DNA from: Balanoglossus misakiensis
Lineage: Eukaryota; Animalia; Hemichordata
Length of the DNA: 64,000 nucleotides
Reading direction: 5' to 3'
Assembly: GCA_040954595.2 (NCBI GenBank)
Contig: CM082580.2
Location: 9,960,390-10,024,389, forward strand
Both the position numbers and the translations under genes were made by a program. Numbering within the stretch: the first letter of the stretch is position 1; each line of letters opens with the position of its first letter. Positions 1 through 12,600 of the stretch are shown piece by piece. Under the pieces are notes generated by a model that saw only the letters and a list, made by a program, of their open reading frames with translations, did not search any database and had not been told where the DNA came from.

Positions 1-73
1 ATGGCAATATTAATGAATAATAAGGAAAGAAACCAGAATGAAAGAGAAAAGTAAGCAGAATAAAACAAATTAC

Positions 74-3000
74 CTAGGTCCTTTACCACATCCACAAAGT
101 CATCTTCGAAATGCGAGACTTGTAAAGTCTCTGCATTTCCCAACACTGGTTTGGCGATCTTTTTGATCAGTTCTTCCATTTGACCGTTCCTCATTTTTTC
201 CAGTATCTCATCGGCTTCCTCTTGACTTGTGACCTGCAGGTCAAGTATGATGCAACCTTCCCTGACATCAGTGACGACATATCCCAGTTCAGCTGCAATG
301 GAGCTTGCTCCTTGCGTGGCTTCCTCGTCGCCAGAGCCACCTTGCTGCGATGATAAGGATGATGAAAAGTGCTCCTGGAGAGCCCTGATTACATCTTCGT
401 TTTGGTCGTCAATGACTAATCTCACTGAAATGTGAAAAGAGAGACGATTTACATGTAAAGTTTGGGCACTTTTTGTGTATATTTCTTATCACTATCTTGG
501 TTTGAATTCATGCACAGAAAGCATGAAATTTACCTGTGTTTGGCCGTCTTGGGTGTGTTCTTTGCTTTGCCAAGAGATGGTCTTCTTCTGTAAAAATACA
601 GAAATTATGGGGGAAAAAATCCAGTCATTCAACTTGCTATTATCAGGAACAAATATCCCCAAAAGCCTGCAGTACTATGTACATGTATACTGAAAATCAG
701 GAAGCGAAATGTCACCATATATATAAAACAGCAAAGGTTTCACCACTGTATATTTGGCTCTCTGATGACAATTTGACACAAACTCTTACCAATTTCTTTA
801 TATGCATCCAGAAAGTCCTGCTCAATGGCAATAACATCCATCCTGGGATCCTGGACTTTTGCTTTTACAAACAAATCATCCAAACACAGCAGTGTTCTTA
901 ACTTGGTCGCTGTCTCCCCACTCTGAAGGTTTCTAAACAGGGTTCTGGCATCACTGACACTCTTTGGGAAAGCAATCAACACCACGCATCCGTAGTTGAT
1001 AATCACATGATAGCTGGCGAGAATGCTCAGAAGACTGTGCCAGACTTCATTTTTATCATTTTCACTTGTTTGCAAGAACTGCAGAAGTTGTGCTGCAAGT
1101 TTGACATTCGTGTCCAGGACAATTCTCACTGAAAGAACACAAAGAAATGTATGACTGTTTTGGTTGACATTTGTAGCAAAATGTGTCATAAATTTTTGGA
1201 GGCAAACTTATGACATATCAGCTAGCCTAGCTTTTCGACAGTGTTACTTTAAATTTTGATATGATCAGTAGAAAGTTTAGTGTATGTGTGAAAAAATGTG
1301 ACAACACATACCAGAGCGTGTAGTCCTGTGATGCGATTGTAATTTTAGTTCCTCATAATCCTGTCGGGACTGGTCTTTGCCATTAGCACTTGCTGGTGGT
1401 AAAACAAACAAATTCTGAAAATTATCAGGTGATAACTTGATACCTTATAAGTTTGTCTTATCCATTTGGATTTAAATGAATGGGTTTGATTGTAGGTGAG
1501 TTAAAAATTACATGTCGTTTATGTGGTGAGAAATATGCAATCAGTCTATGATACAACAGAAGAAGCAAGAAGAAGCGAGGTCAACTACCATGGATAAAAT
1601 GTCTTACCAAGTGAAACAAGACCTTCCGGTTCGACAACCATGACACTGGCATCAGATGAAGGGCACTCCATTGATGACTCTTCAGGTGAATCTCCCCAGT
1701 CTCCGTGGTGATCCTCCTCCAGGTCATCGTCATCAGCATCCACATCCCTCCTCCTCCTGCTCTTCTCACAACCCTCGGAGTTTAACTTGTCCTGTTGACA
1801 TTCTACTGAAAAGATGTGTGTTTTACCTGCAATTGAAACATCAATACATGGACATCATATAATCATGCATCACCATTACTGATTAATTGGAAACATAATT
1901 ATTGTTAGCCATGGCTAACATCTGCACTCTCATCAAAATCATCATATAAAATCATTTTATACTACTATTATAATGTGCATTTACCATACGGTTTGGATGT
2001 TGAGTGACAAGAGTCATCTTCTGGTTGTCTTATTTCGTGTTCACCATGCTCAGAGCACAAAGACACTGAAGATTCGTGGTCCTTCTGTGAATAGAAAGGT
2101 TGCTCCGGTTCAGCTGCTGTGTCTTGTCCGAGAGAGTGCAGAGGAGATGGGTCATCATCTTGCGAGGTCAATGGTTGTGGTGGAGCAGGTCCTGTCATCT
2201 GGTCTTGTTCTAAGCTCACAGATTGAGGTTGTGCTGGACCTTGCTCCAGGCGCTCATCTCGCTGCTCCTCAGTCCGTGTCTCTGCATGACTGTATCTTCT
2301 AACCTCTGCAGTTGACAGCACCACGTTCTCCGCATCATGATTTTCATTATTTTCCTGGCCTTGAGAATGGAGCCTAAACATCTCCTGTAGTTTCTCTTCT
2401 TGTTGCTGACTTGACTCTCGAATCACTTGAGAAAGTTTCTGAACCACATCACCAAGTTGACTAGTCATCTCCTGCTGTATTTGGCCAGCTCTCCACTTCA
2501 AGTTCTCTTGTCTCACTTGCTCTGTCTGGTGCAGAAGCTGTTGGTGTTTCGCATCAGTCTGGGCCATCTTTTCGGCGATATCTTTCTGTCCGTTTTCTAC
2601 GGTCGACAACTCATGGCTCACTTCAGAGTGGAATTCTTGGTTCTCCTTCTCCAGCTTTCCCAACTTGTCTTCCAGAGTTTCTTCCGTTCTTTTGTGGCTT
2701 ACAAGTTGTTCCTTCACCGCTGCATGCTCCTCCTTGATGCTCTGGATGAAGCTGTTCATCTTGGATGTCATTTCCTCTAGCTGCGATGCGAATCTCTCGC
2801 TACACTCACTCTTCATGGCCTCGAAACCCCTTGACATTTCCTCATGCTGTTTTGTCATCTTCTCTTCCATCATCTTCTGTTTGGTGTCAACATCCTCAAC
2901 CATATGAGTCTTCAATTTATCTAATGTTGCTCTGCACTGTGTCTCATGCTCCAGCTTATTTGATTGCAAAACGTCAAAAAACTTTTTTGCTTGAACATCA

Positions 3001-3675
3001 ACTGTCTGTTTTACTTGGTCAACACTTTGGTCGTGTTTCTTAAAATCACCAATGAGACTCTGAATCAAATCTTGTAGGCGCTTGACGTCTCGTTGAAGAT
3101 CTTGTACTGTGACTTCATCCCTCTTCTTAGGACTCACCGTGTTATTGAGCAACTGGGTAACATCTGCTCTTGGTTGATTCTTGGATGAAACATTTTCTGG
3201 ATTATGAAAAGATAACACAGCTGAATTCAGATAATATTATCATTAACTCATTTCAAGCACTGCTCCACATTTGTAAAACGCAATGTTTTTATAGTTCCTT
3301 TATATTGACTGTTTGTTCTGATATTAATATCCTACTTTACTTGAACAGTCACTGCTTTGAAGTTGTGGACAATATGAAGATTGCATTTAGTCTTAGTTTC
3401 TTTCTTTTTTTCTAAAATTTGGAACAAATGTGTATATAGGAATGAATCACGACTATGTTGAATTCTAACAAAAATGTCCACTTATTGTGTGAACAAGAAT
3501 ATTTTTCTGGGAAAGCACTTAACAGAAACAGAAAACAATCCACTAATAAATTGAAAATATTACCTTTTTCAGTTTGTTTTTCTGGTGAATTTGTGTCGTT
3601 GCATTGCTCTTCCTTGGTTGTAGAATCGGGAGCTGGAACTGGTTCCGAAGTAACTTTCATGCCACCTTCTGTCAT
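74..3675 (-). CDS. Gene A (3'-partial): coiled-coil + two TRADD-N-like domains; paralog of the N-terminal half of gene B
   Basis: Hand-spliced GT-AG exons: 3564-3675 (ATG 3675), 1985-3196 (coiled coil), 1608-1805, 1312-1392, 790-1128 (VRIVLD...GCVVLIAFP...ARTLFRNLQSG...EQDFLDAY), 534-587 and 74-424 (VRLVID...DVREGCIILDLQVTSQEE...IKKIAK...FEDDFVDV). All internal exons are multiples of 3 with phase-1 junctions and no stops. The gene continues past base 1. Confidence 0.85.
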
Positions 3676-5139
3676 TTTGACTCAAGGATGATTACACTTT
3701 AACAGACTTGGTTATGTTCTGAGACCTAGAGGCAAATTATTCATTGTCTCATTGTAATTGTACGACTTCAGAAGTGTGCCAATAATCATCTTCAGAGGAC
3801 CGATTGACTGGAAGAACACCTGAGCTTGAGCTGGCCATAAGATCCCTGTCTGTTACTAATAAGTTTCAATATGATTGAATAAAAACAACACTGACTGGTG
3901 TCTATTGAAATTCTTCATTTGTGTATTAAAAGATTCAGAGAACTTCGACTATACTTGAGGATATACTCACTGATCACAGCCAAAACACCACAGGTGTGGA
4001 TTTGCAAAATCCAGCGGTTATGATTTACAAAAAGTCCTTCACACAGTCTGTCTCATTAGTATCTGCAGATAATTAAGTGACAGGAAGATGGAAAATAATT
4101 AAGACAGAAAGGATTGTAATTGAAAACTAAAGTCAGTAGATCTGGCAATGAAGGTTTTCTGCTTCTATATGAATTGATCAGCTTCAGTTCGGTACTTCCC
4201 CAAACAAAAATAGCAATGACCGTTACTGCATACATTATGTTAAAGAGACAGTGTTTTTATACAGATGTAAATGGCTGTATATTTTGACCAAAGATATAAT
4301 TTTTAATGCTTGATCAGATTCATTTTCTTCAGTTTATTAACAGACATTTGATGTATAGATATGTCTATATGTTTAATGTATAATTGTTATTAAAAAAGAC
4401 ATTGTATTCATTACGTGCAAACATTTTAAAACATGGCCACAAGTTTGAATCAAATACCCATTGTATGGTTAAATGTATCTTCTTTGATATTAATTTTTTT
4501 CGTATGATAGCAAGGCACTCAAGGTCAAATGTAGATGTAAATATAGTGGTTGAAAAGCAGCATTTGTAGTCCACAAGGGAAGAATGCGGTCAGGTCAAGG
4601 GGGTGTGGGAGGGAATGGTTAAATTAGCAAATTTAGCATGGCAATCCATAATAGGCCATATCGTTAAGCTACAAAAGGTTTAGCCAGTAATTTTGATGGC
4701 TCTTAATTACTACAACACTGTGATGGAATTGGGTGTCATTTTTCTCATAGAAAAGCTCGTCTTCACTTTTTTTTTCTCTTTTCAAAGTCAAATTGACAAC
4801 AAACTGAAAGCTAGCAAATATATCATGTGATGGTCTCATGACATATTATGAATGCCCACTTCTTTCAGGAAATAAATGATCACCCGACTTGCTGAAAGAA
4901 CTCAAATGTGAAATTTATACTTACCCCGTCAAGATAAGGGTTTCAAACACTGATAAAAAGTAGTGAATTCAGTGTAAAGTTATATAGATAATGCTTCTTT
5001 CCTGCTAGTAGTATATAAACTCATGAACTCTGAGGCGTTTTGGCATCTGTTTTATAGGTCGCACTGAATTTGCATATGGGGAATCCCCGAGATTTGGAAG
5101 TGCGTTGATTGGCTGATGCAAAATGGCAACTTTTGACCT

Positions 5140-6272
5140 TAGGCTGCATTCACAAACACCTCTGGAGGCTCGAGGAGGGGGGGGGGGGGGAGAATTAAGG
5201 GGGGGGGGGATTTGAAAAAATTGAGGGTATGTAAGGGGGGGATTTGAAATAATTTAGGGACTGAAAGGGGGGGACTTGAAAACTTTGAGGACTAAATATT
5301 TATTTTGAGTCCACAAAAATGCATTTTTTCTCATTGTTCACCCCCCGTCATTTCATCAACACCTTTAAATCATTGACTGGTTTATCTAGTGTTCCAGGTC
5401 AGGGGACTTGCCCCCCCCCCCCCCCCCCCCCCCCCTGCTAACTTTGGGCGCCGAAGGTTAAATATGTCGTCCCCAACATACCGGTAGTTGAGTTAATTTG
5501 CTTTTGGGTTCATTAAAATGCAGTTTTCAACTCTGTATTTTATAAACCCTAACCCCGTTCACTTCTCAGTTTACAATGTCCCCCGACACAGAATACAAAA
5601 TACTTAAAAAACAGACACAATGTTCAGTTTTAATACCCACTGATAAGGGGAAACATCAGTTTCAAATTCTTTTCATGGGAGCGCTGTTTTTCTTTTTTAC
5701 AAGATAGATAGGTGATGTGTTTTGCTGTGTGAAAGAAAATGGGGGGGGGGGGATTTGAAAATTTTAGCAGTTCGGAAGGGGGGATTTGAAAATATTTCGG
5801 GTTGTGTATGGGGGGCATGTGAAAATTAACTGTAAAAAAAATGTGGCAAAAGTAAAATTGGTCCTCCCAAGCATTAAGTTAATTTGCTTTTGAGTTCATT
5901 AAGGGGGACACCCCCTCCACTTTTCTTGTTTTACCAATTCTAGCAACTATTGTATTGACTTGTCATTTTAATTAATTCTTAGATTTCTTTATTGAAACGA
6001 TATTTACAACTATATACTTCAATTATAATTTTTTTTAAAGAAATTTATAATTGAGGTGTGACGAGCCTCTTTCCCTTTATTGCATACAGTGAACATAAGA
6101 TCAGGACGGCGAATGTTTTCGGGTGGGGGGGGGGGTCATCATATTTTTGGGCCTGTCAAAGGGGGGGGGTCATCATTTTTGGTCCTGGGTGAAGGGGGGG
6201 TCGGCCTGATTTTGAAAACCGATGACACAAACTTGCCGGCCCCCCAGCCATAAAAACTGAACGGTCCCTAAT
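5140..6272. repeat. G/C-tract-rich nested repeat region, likely DNA-transposon relics
   Basis: Recurrent GGGGG(G)ATTTGAAA units (5200-5290, 5740-5800), a poly-C run at 5411-5435, a duplicated AGTTAATTTGCTTTTG[G/A]GTTCATTAA (~5490 and ~5877), and GGGGGGTCATCAT units at 6125-6180. Confidence 0.55.
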
Positions 6273-7905
6273 ATCATTGGTGAATCTAGCTAGAAAGTGA
6301 AGAAAGATTTAATTGCTACAATGTTCATAATGATAATATACTAGAAGTTAATTTTGTGGATGGGAGCAGTACATCACAACGTCACATTTACTAGTTATAA
6401 GCTTTATTCATGTTTTTGAATTCACATTCAGTATCTCTAATACTACTACATTGTATGTGGTTGCACGGTAATAACAATTACTGGTACATGTACGGTATAT
6501 TAAAAAAGACAGAACTCAAAACTGCATTAGAATATATGGTTTTCTGGGCTTTTTAAACCCAGGGATTCTTGTTTATGCAATTTCATCTCTACTGTATTTA
6601 AGTAATGAATATACTCTAAGAATATATAATACACTAAAAATACTGAAAATCATGAAGGAACTGTACAGCTCTGAGACTTCTTGCCCCTAAGCTGGCTTCC
6701 AGTAATACCATTAACAACAGACGAAATATACATGTACTCTTCATAGATCCTTGTTCCTGCTGATCATATCACTATCAGATTTGTAATTATGATCATAGCT
6801 CAGTTCTGCATCTCCTATCTTAATAATGACAAGATAAAATACCTCCCCATGAAGTTGAGCTAAATATATACCTTAACTCATAATGTAAAATAATTGAGGT
6901 TATTATGACCTCATTGTCTGATATATACTCACTGTCACAGACAATTTTTTTCAGACAACTCATTCCTGAGATATCTCTTACAAATAAATCTTAATACCTG
7001 CACATAAAATCTAACCTTGTATAAAACGCATAAAGTCAAACATATTGATTGACTTATAAATGCCTGATATAATTGTTTTAATTTAAAATAAGACTTCAAC
7101 AAACACACTTTCCTTATAATGCTACTGCAATTAACTTGCTAATCTGCCAACAAGGATTTTCGTCTTGCTGAAAGAGTCATTCGGTTTGTCTGAAGTACAT
7201 GTACAGCAGCATTGCAAGCAAACATTTGCATAAAATACATACAAATAAAGCATGGCTATTACACAGTTTTGTGTACAAAGAAATTATACATACATGAAAA
7301 TGTGTTTTAGCCCATGTAAATTACAAAAGCCTGTAAATTTGTACTGTTGCTTTCAAATTACTTTGACGAGTTTGCACAAAATGCAAACTATAATTGTACG
7401 GGTTTTACTTCTATCATGAAACACCATTAATTCCACATCTTGCTTTAATATCGGTGTTATATCTTTTAAACAACACCTACCTGTATTCATACTAAAAAGT
7501 GAACAAGGTAATTAGCCTGCCAATTTTCTGAAACAGGATACAATGTACAAGTATATATTATGTGCATATACCGGTATATATACATGTGAAGTGAGTATCA
7601 CTTTTGCATAGGAAAGAAACTAAGCGTATGTGTTTCAACTAACAATACCTCTGTTCAAAATCAATAAAGACAACAATGCGGGGAGGTCATGTTCTTGGTC
7701 TACAAGGTCTGAAAAGCAATTTTGTTTCCCATGAGTATAATGTCTTTTTAGCGTATACACAGTTATTTACATTTAAAGGGGGTGTGCTGAGGCACACATG
7801 TCTGCAGTTGCTTTTTACAGACTTACAGGTGTTAAATATGAGCAGTTAAATATGAAAATTGAGTTTACAATTAACTCATTCATAATCCATCATTCCATAA
7901 TCCTT

Positions 7906-9686
7906 TCATTGTACTGCAGTGGCGCCATGATCATCGTCATCATTTATATCCCTGTCTCTATACCTACATGTACGTTTATCCAGCCATTTACTAGTACACT
8001 GTTTGTTAGGGGATTTGATAATTTTCTTCTCTGACAACTCACCAGTTTCTTTCTCATCAGCACTCATTTCGTCTGAGCTCTTAGACTTGTCTGTCCCTGT
8101 CTCATGAGATATTTCACTATCACCTTCACTCTCACTACTTTCATACTCGTCTAATTTGGTGAGAGGGAGTTCTGCTATATCGGTCGGTATTGCACATGCT
8201 CCCTTAGCATGTTTCTTACTTCTGACTGCATAGCTAATGAACCAACGTTCAACATTTTCAAGTCTATTCAAGTTAGCAAGAAACTTTGGTGTGTGGCATT
8301 CACTATCTTCAGCCTCCGGATCTGCCCCAAGGGCTACAAGTTTACTAACAACATCCACGTTGTCAGACAAAACTGCCCAGTGTAATGGAGTTTGCTCTTG
8401 GTCATCTCTGAAGCACAGTGAAGCTCCAAAGTCAACCAATGCTTCAAGGGTTTCAATATGGGCTTTCTTAGCTGCTAAATGCAGGGGTGACACACTCTTT
8501 ATCCTGTCTAAATTTCCATCATCGTACTCCTTCTTTATGGACTGAAAGACACTTGCTTCTGGATTTTCACCCCAGCCTGAGCGCAACACCTTTCCGTAGT
8601 CTGCAATATGACAGACTTTCTTTTCCCTGGAATTCATGAATACAGGTTGTTTGCTCCTGTCAACCCTGACGTAATGCCAAACAGGACTGCCATCTTGTCT
8701 ACCTCTGACTAAGAACACCGAATCGCTGCTGTCCAATATGCAGTCAGCGTTTGCAACCCTAGAGCATATTCCAAGTTGCTGTGCATATTGCAATAGAGAT
8801 TTGATGATTTCAGTTCGCCCCCCATCTGCAGCATAATGCACGACTTGCCAGTTTTTGTCATCCCTGGACTCGATGTCTGCACCCTTCTTGAGCAAACGTT
8901 CAACATTTTTGCACTTGTTGCCCTTCACTGCTATGTGCAAAGCTGTTTGGCCAGACAAATTCTTGGTTTCAGTATTGGCCCCTGCATCTAACAACATTTG
9001 TACTATTTCACCCTCATCACTGTGTAAATTCACAGCCAAGTGCAAGGCTGTGTCACCACTTTTATTTTGGACCTGCACTACTTCTTTACCTCCAGATGTC
9101 GACAGGAGAAATTCAACTGTATCTCTGTGAGCAAAACGAACAGAACTGTGGAGAGCAGTCTCCCCAGATGTACTCTGGACGGTGACGTCAAAGCCGCTAC
9201 AAATCAGCACTTTCACAACATCTAACGCACCAACACCACAGGCAAAGTGCAGAGGTGTTAGTTTACCATAAGACAACATGTGAACTGTGTCAACATTCTC
9301 GAGCAAATTTTTCACACTTTCAATACATCCCTTCCTGGCAGCTTTGTGCAAATCACTCAGCGTCTGCTCAATTTGTTTGGCATCTATAAGGATTTCACGC
9401 ATCCGCTGAAACCTTTTCTTTTCTGCAATGCCCAAAGCTGTCATATTCAAAAATTCACCCGCAACCTTTACTTTATCACTGATAAGTGAAGAAACATCAT
9501 GATAGTGTTGGAAGATGTTAATGGCAAATTCACACTTATAAATGGTAGCTTGTTGTACAAGATTAAAACCCTCTTCTGAAGTACTGTTAATGTCTACCAC
9601 TGGTGACAGTTCAAGAATCTTCTCTTCATTGTGATTCTTGATGGCTTCAAAAATTACCTTTCTCTCAGGCGAGATTTCTCTCATTT
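7906..9686 (-). CDS. Ankyrin-repeat terminal exon of gene B
   Basis: Repeats LHKAARKG, TPLHFAC, TALHSS, TALHLA, TALHIA, VHYAADGG, SPLHLAA and TPLHWA. The acceptor at 9687 is in phase with the donor at 10039. Confidence 0.92.
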
Positions 9687-12600
9687 CTGAAAAAAAGAAG
9701 GTAACACAACTGTGTATTTTTTGTACATTGACTTGCATGATGAGTTTTGTGTTTGAGTGGCTAATAGTAGCTCATGTACCGGCATGCATGTACATGTACA
9801 TTCATTGTTTAAGCCTGTTTCTTTTTCAAGAGCTTGAATTATCAGGATCTATTTGTGTATACTTCAGCAGCTGAGCAGAATGCATTGCAGGTGACAACTA
9901 AACAGTTTTTGGCATTGGATGTCACAGGATGCTATTGATGAATTTAATTGGACACAACAATATTTTTCCAAACACCTAGTGCCCCCGAAATGCATTCCAA
10001 TAGTAACCAAAAACAAATGTCTTTATAAACTTAATATACCTGAGCCTGCGCTTGTGTTTGCGGCTGTCGTTCCAACCCCAAATTTCTTTCCTTCATCTTG
10101 GTGTTTCAGGGCATCTTTCACATTACCCAAATCAAGGTATACATTAGCAAGATTGTAATGTGCTACAAATGAAGAGAATGAAATATTTGTAAGTACATGA
10201 TTTTAAAATGTTTCTAGGGAACTGCATGTGTAAGTTAATGTTGACTTCCCATCAGCCTTGTCATTGCCTTATTTAATATTTTCATTGATTTTGTGAGTGT
10301 GAAAGTTTTCTATGCAAAGGACGTCATAGTAAAGGGTGAGTGACCCTTTCCAATATCTAAATTTTCTTCGTTGCGTGAGATGTCCCTTAATTGACAATAA
10401 CACCATATTCGTTCTGCTAACTGACCAGCAACATATAAATACCAGATATATTCCTGTTTATATGATGCAACAGCTTTGATGGTGAGAAACAAATAGGCTT
10501 AAAATATGAAAAATTTCCTGGCCAAAATATCACTGTATATTCTTTTTTTACACATGGTCTGAGACATTCTAATTGACATACCTTCAGAAAGTTTCTGGCG
10601 ATATTCACTTCCTGGTTTCAGAGTGGAGATTACTTCTGTAATGAGTAATCCGGTCTGTAACATTGGTAGGGCAACACTGGGCTGTTTCTTGCTGAGCCGC
10701 AAATAGAAACTTACATCGGCCAGAAGCTGGGTCGGATCCTCTAGGTCAACTTTGACTATCTCAACAAATGAACTGGTTAAGTAAGTGTGCAACTTGGACA
10801 AATGGGGTATGACCTCTTCTTCCTGTGGAGTCAACGGCACTGATCGTCCTACCAGATCATATTTTTGAGGGAAAGCTGATTTCAGTATCTGTATGCCACT
10901 GTTAATTGCAGTTAAGAAGCTGGTTGTCTTTCTTTGCAGTATCTGCCGAACGATTTCTTGAATGGTTCTCGGTATACTGAATACTGGAGATTCAGTAGTT
11001 GTCCATGCAAGGTTGTGTTCACAGAGAATGTTCAGCAAGTCAGACAGCCTTCTATACATCTTTTCAGGTTCAGCCGGTGAATCACTGCAGTGATCATCCA
11101 CTATGGCGGTTCTGAGTTTACATCGCCCCAGCATCTTGATGTGGCCGGTGACTAAGTTCTTTGAAATGATGTTAGAGAAGAGAGATGACATGTTAAGTAA
11201 TTCAAAGGCTGCATGTCCGTTATCTAGGCAGATCAACGAAGCTGTGATGAGGTCCCAGGTACTCGCGAAGTTAACTTTACGAACACGAACATTTAGCATG
11301 TCTACATTTGCAGAGGTTACACAATCTCCCTCCTGATGTGCTTTCTCACCCATTATGATATTCTCGTAATATTTCAGATTGCTCAGTTGTGACGTGATGG
11401 TGGTGTTTTTCCAACACGATGGGTAATTGATTTTAGTGTCCTTCTCAAGAACATCTTTCATATAAGAACCTGCCATCTGATTTGCAAGTGGAAGACCTTC
11501 AAGATCACTGACAAAACTTCTGAAAGCTCGATAACTATCTTCATCTTCTTCTTCCATTTGTTTTAACGCAGGGTATATTTCTTTCGGTGAAATTAACTGG
11601 GAACTCAAGAGCAGTAACTTCATGGCAGCAGCTTCTGTCAAATGGCTTATTGGGATTTCTTCTATGCCTGGTATTTGATGTTTCATATCATTTCTCCTTG
11701 TTGTTAGGATGATATGGCCTTTGTTGGGAAATGTTGGAAAGTAATTTCGAACAACTTCTGGTTCATCAACATTGTCCAAGACAAGCAACCAGTCTCGATT
11801 CAAATTCAACCACTGGGAGACTACCGCTAGAGACTTGATCTGTTTAGATGTCAAGCAGTCTTGCCCTTCATCTGAGCTGGCTTCCAAATCCATACACTTA
11901 CACTGCAAAAGTACAAAACAGTTTATAAAGTACCTTCTGACTTTAATGCCCTTTTGGGGCACCATCATCAATGCTTTTAATTACAATGTACTTTAATTGA
12001 ACAAGACATAATCTTTTGGCTTTGGAATGGTATGCCCTCATTGGTGTTCACTTCAGGTTATTTCAAGAAAAAGAAATGGCAAATTACCATGCACTGTAAT
12101 CCGTGCTCAATGGTTGCAGTGGAAAACATATCCAACCAGAAGACACCGTTCTGGTATTCTGAGGAGTATGTGTGCAAATACTGGCTTGCTATCTGAGTCT
12201 TGCCAATACCGCATATCCCACTCACCACCTACAACAAAAAGATAACATCATGAGTATTGCAGTAGTTCGACCGAAAGTGTCCTTGATGAGAAGTATAACT
12301 AGCTTTGAAAATGGTTCAGGTTATAGGCCACACCCAAACTTACTTTTTGCCATTGGTGCATGAAATTGGTATGTTACACTTTATTTTGTTTATATTTTCA
12401 AAAAAGTATCAGAATGTAATCTGTGATACCAACCTGAACCAGATTATCTTTGGAGACATCTTCTTCTATGTCTTGCTTCCAGTACTTGTACGATTTATGC
12501 ATCTTTTTGAGGACACCTTCTCGCCCAACAATTTTACTGTCAGGTAGTGGACAAGGTCCTGCAATAAGGAATATTCATGATTACCATAACATTCAAAATC

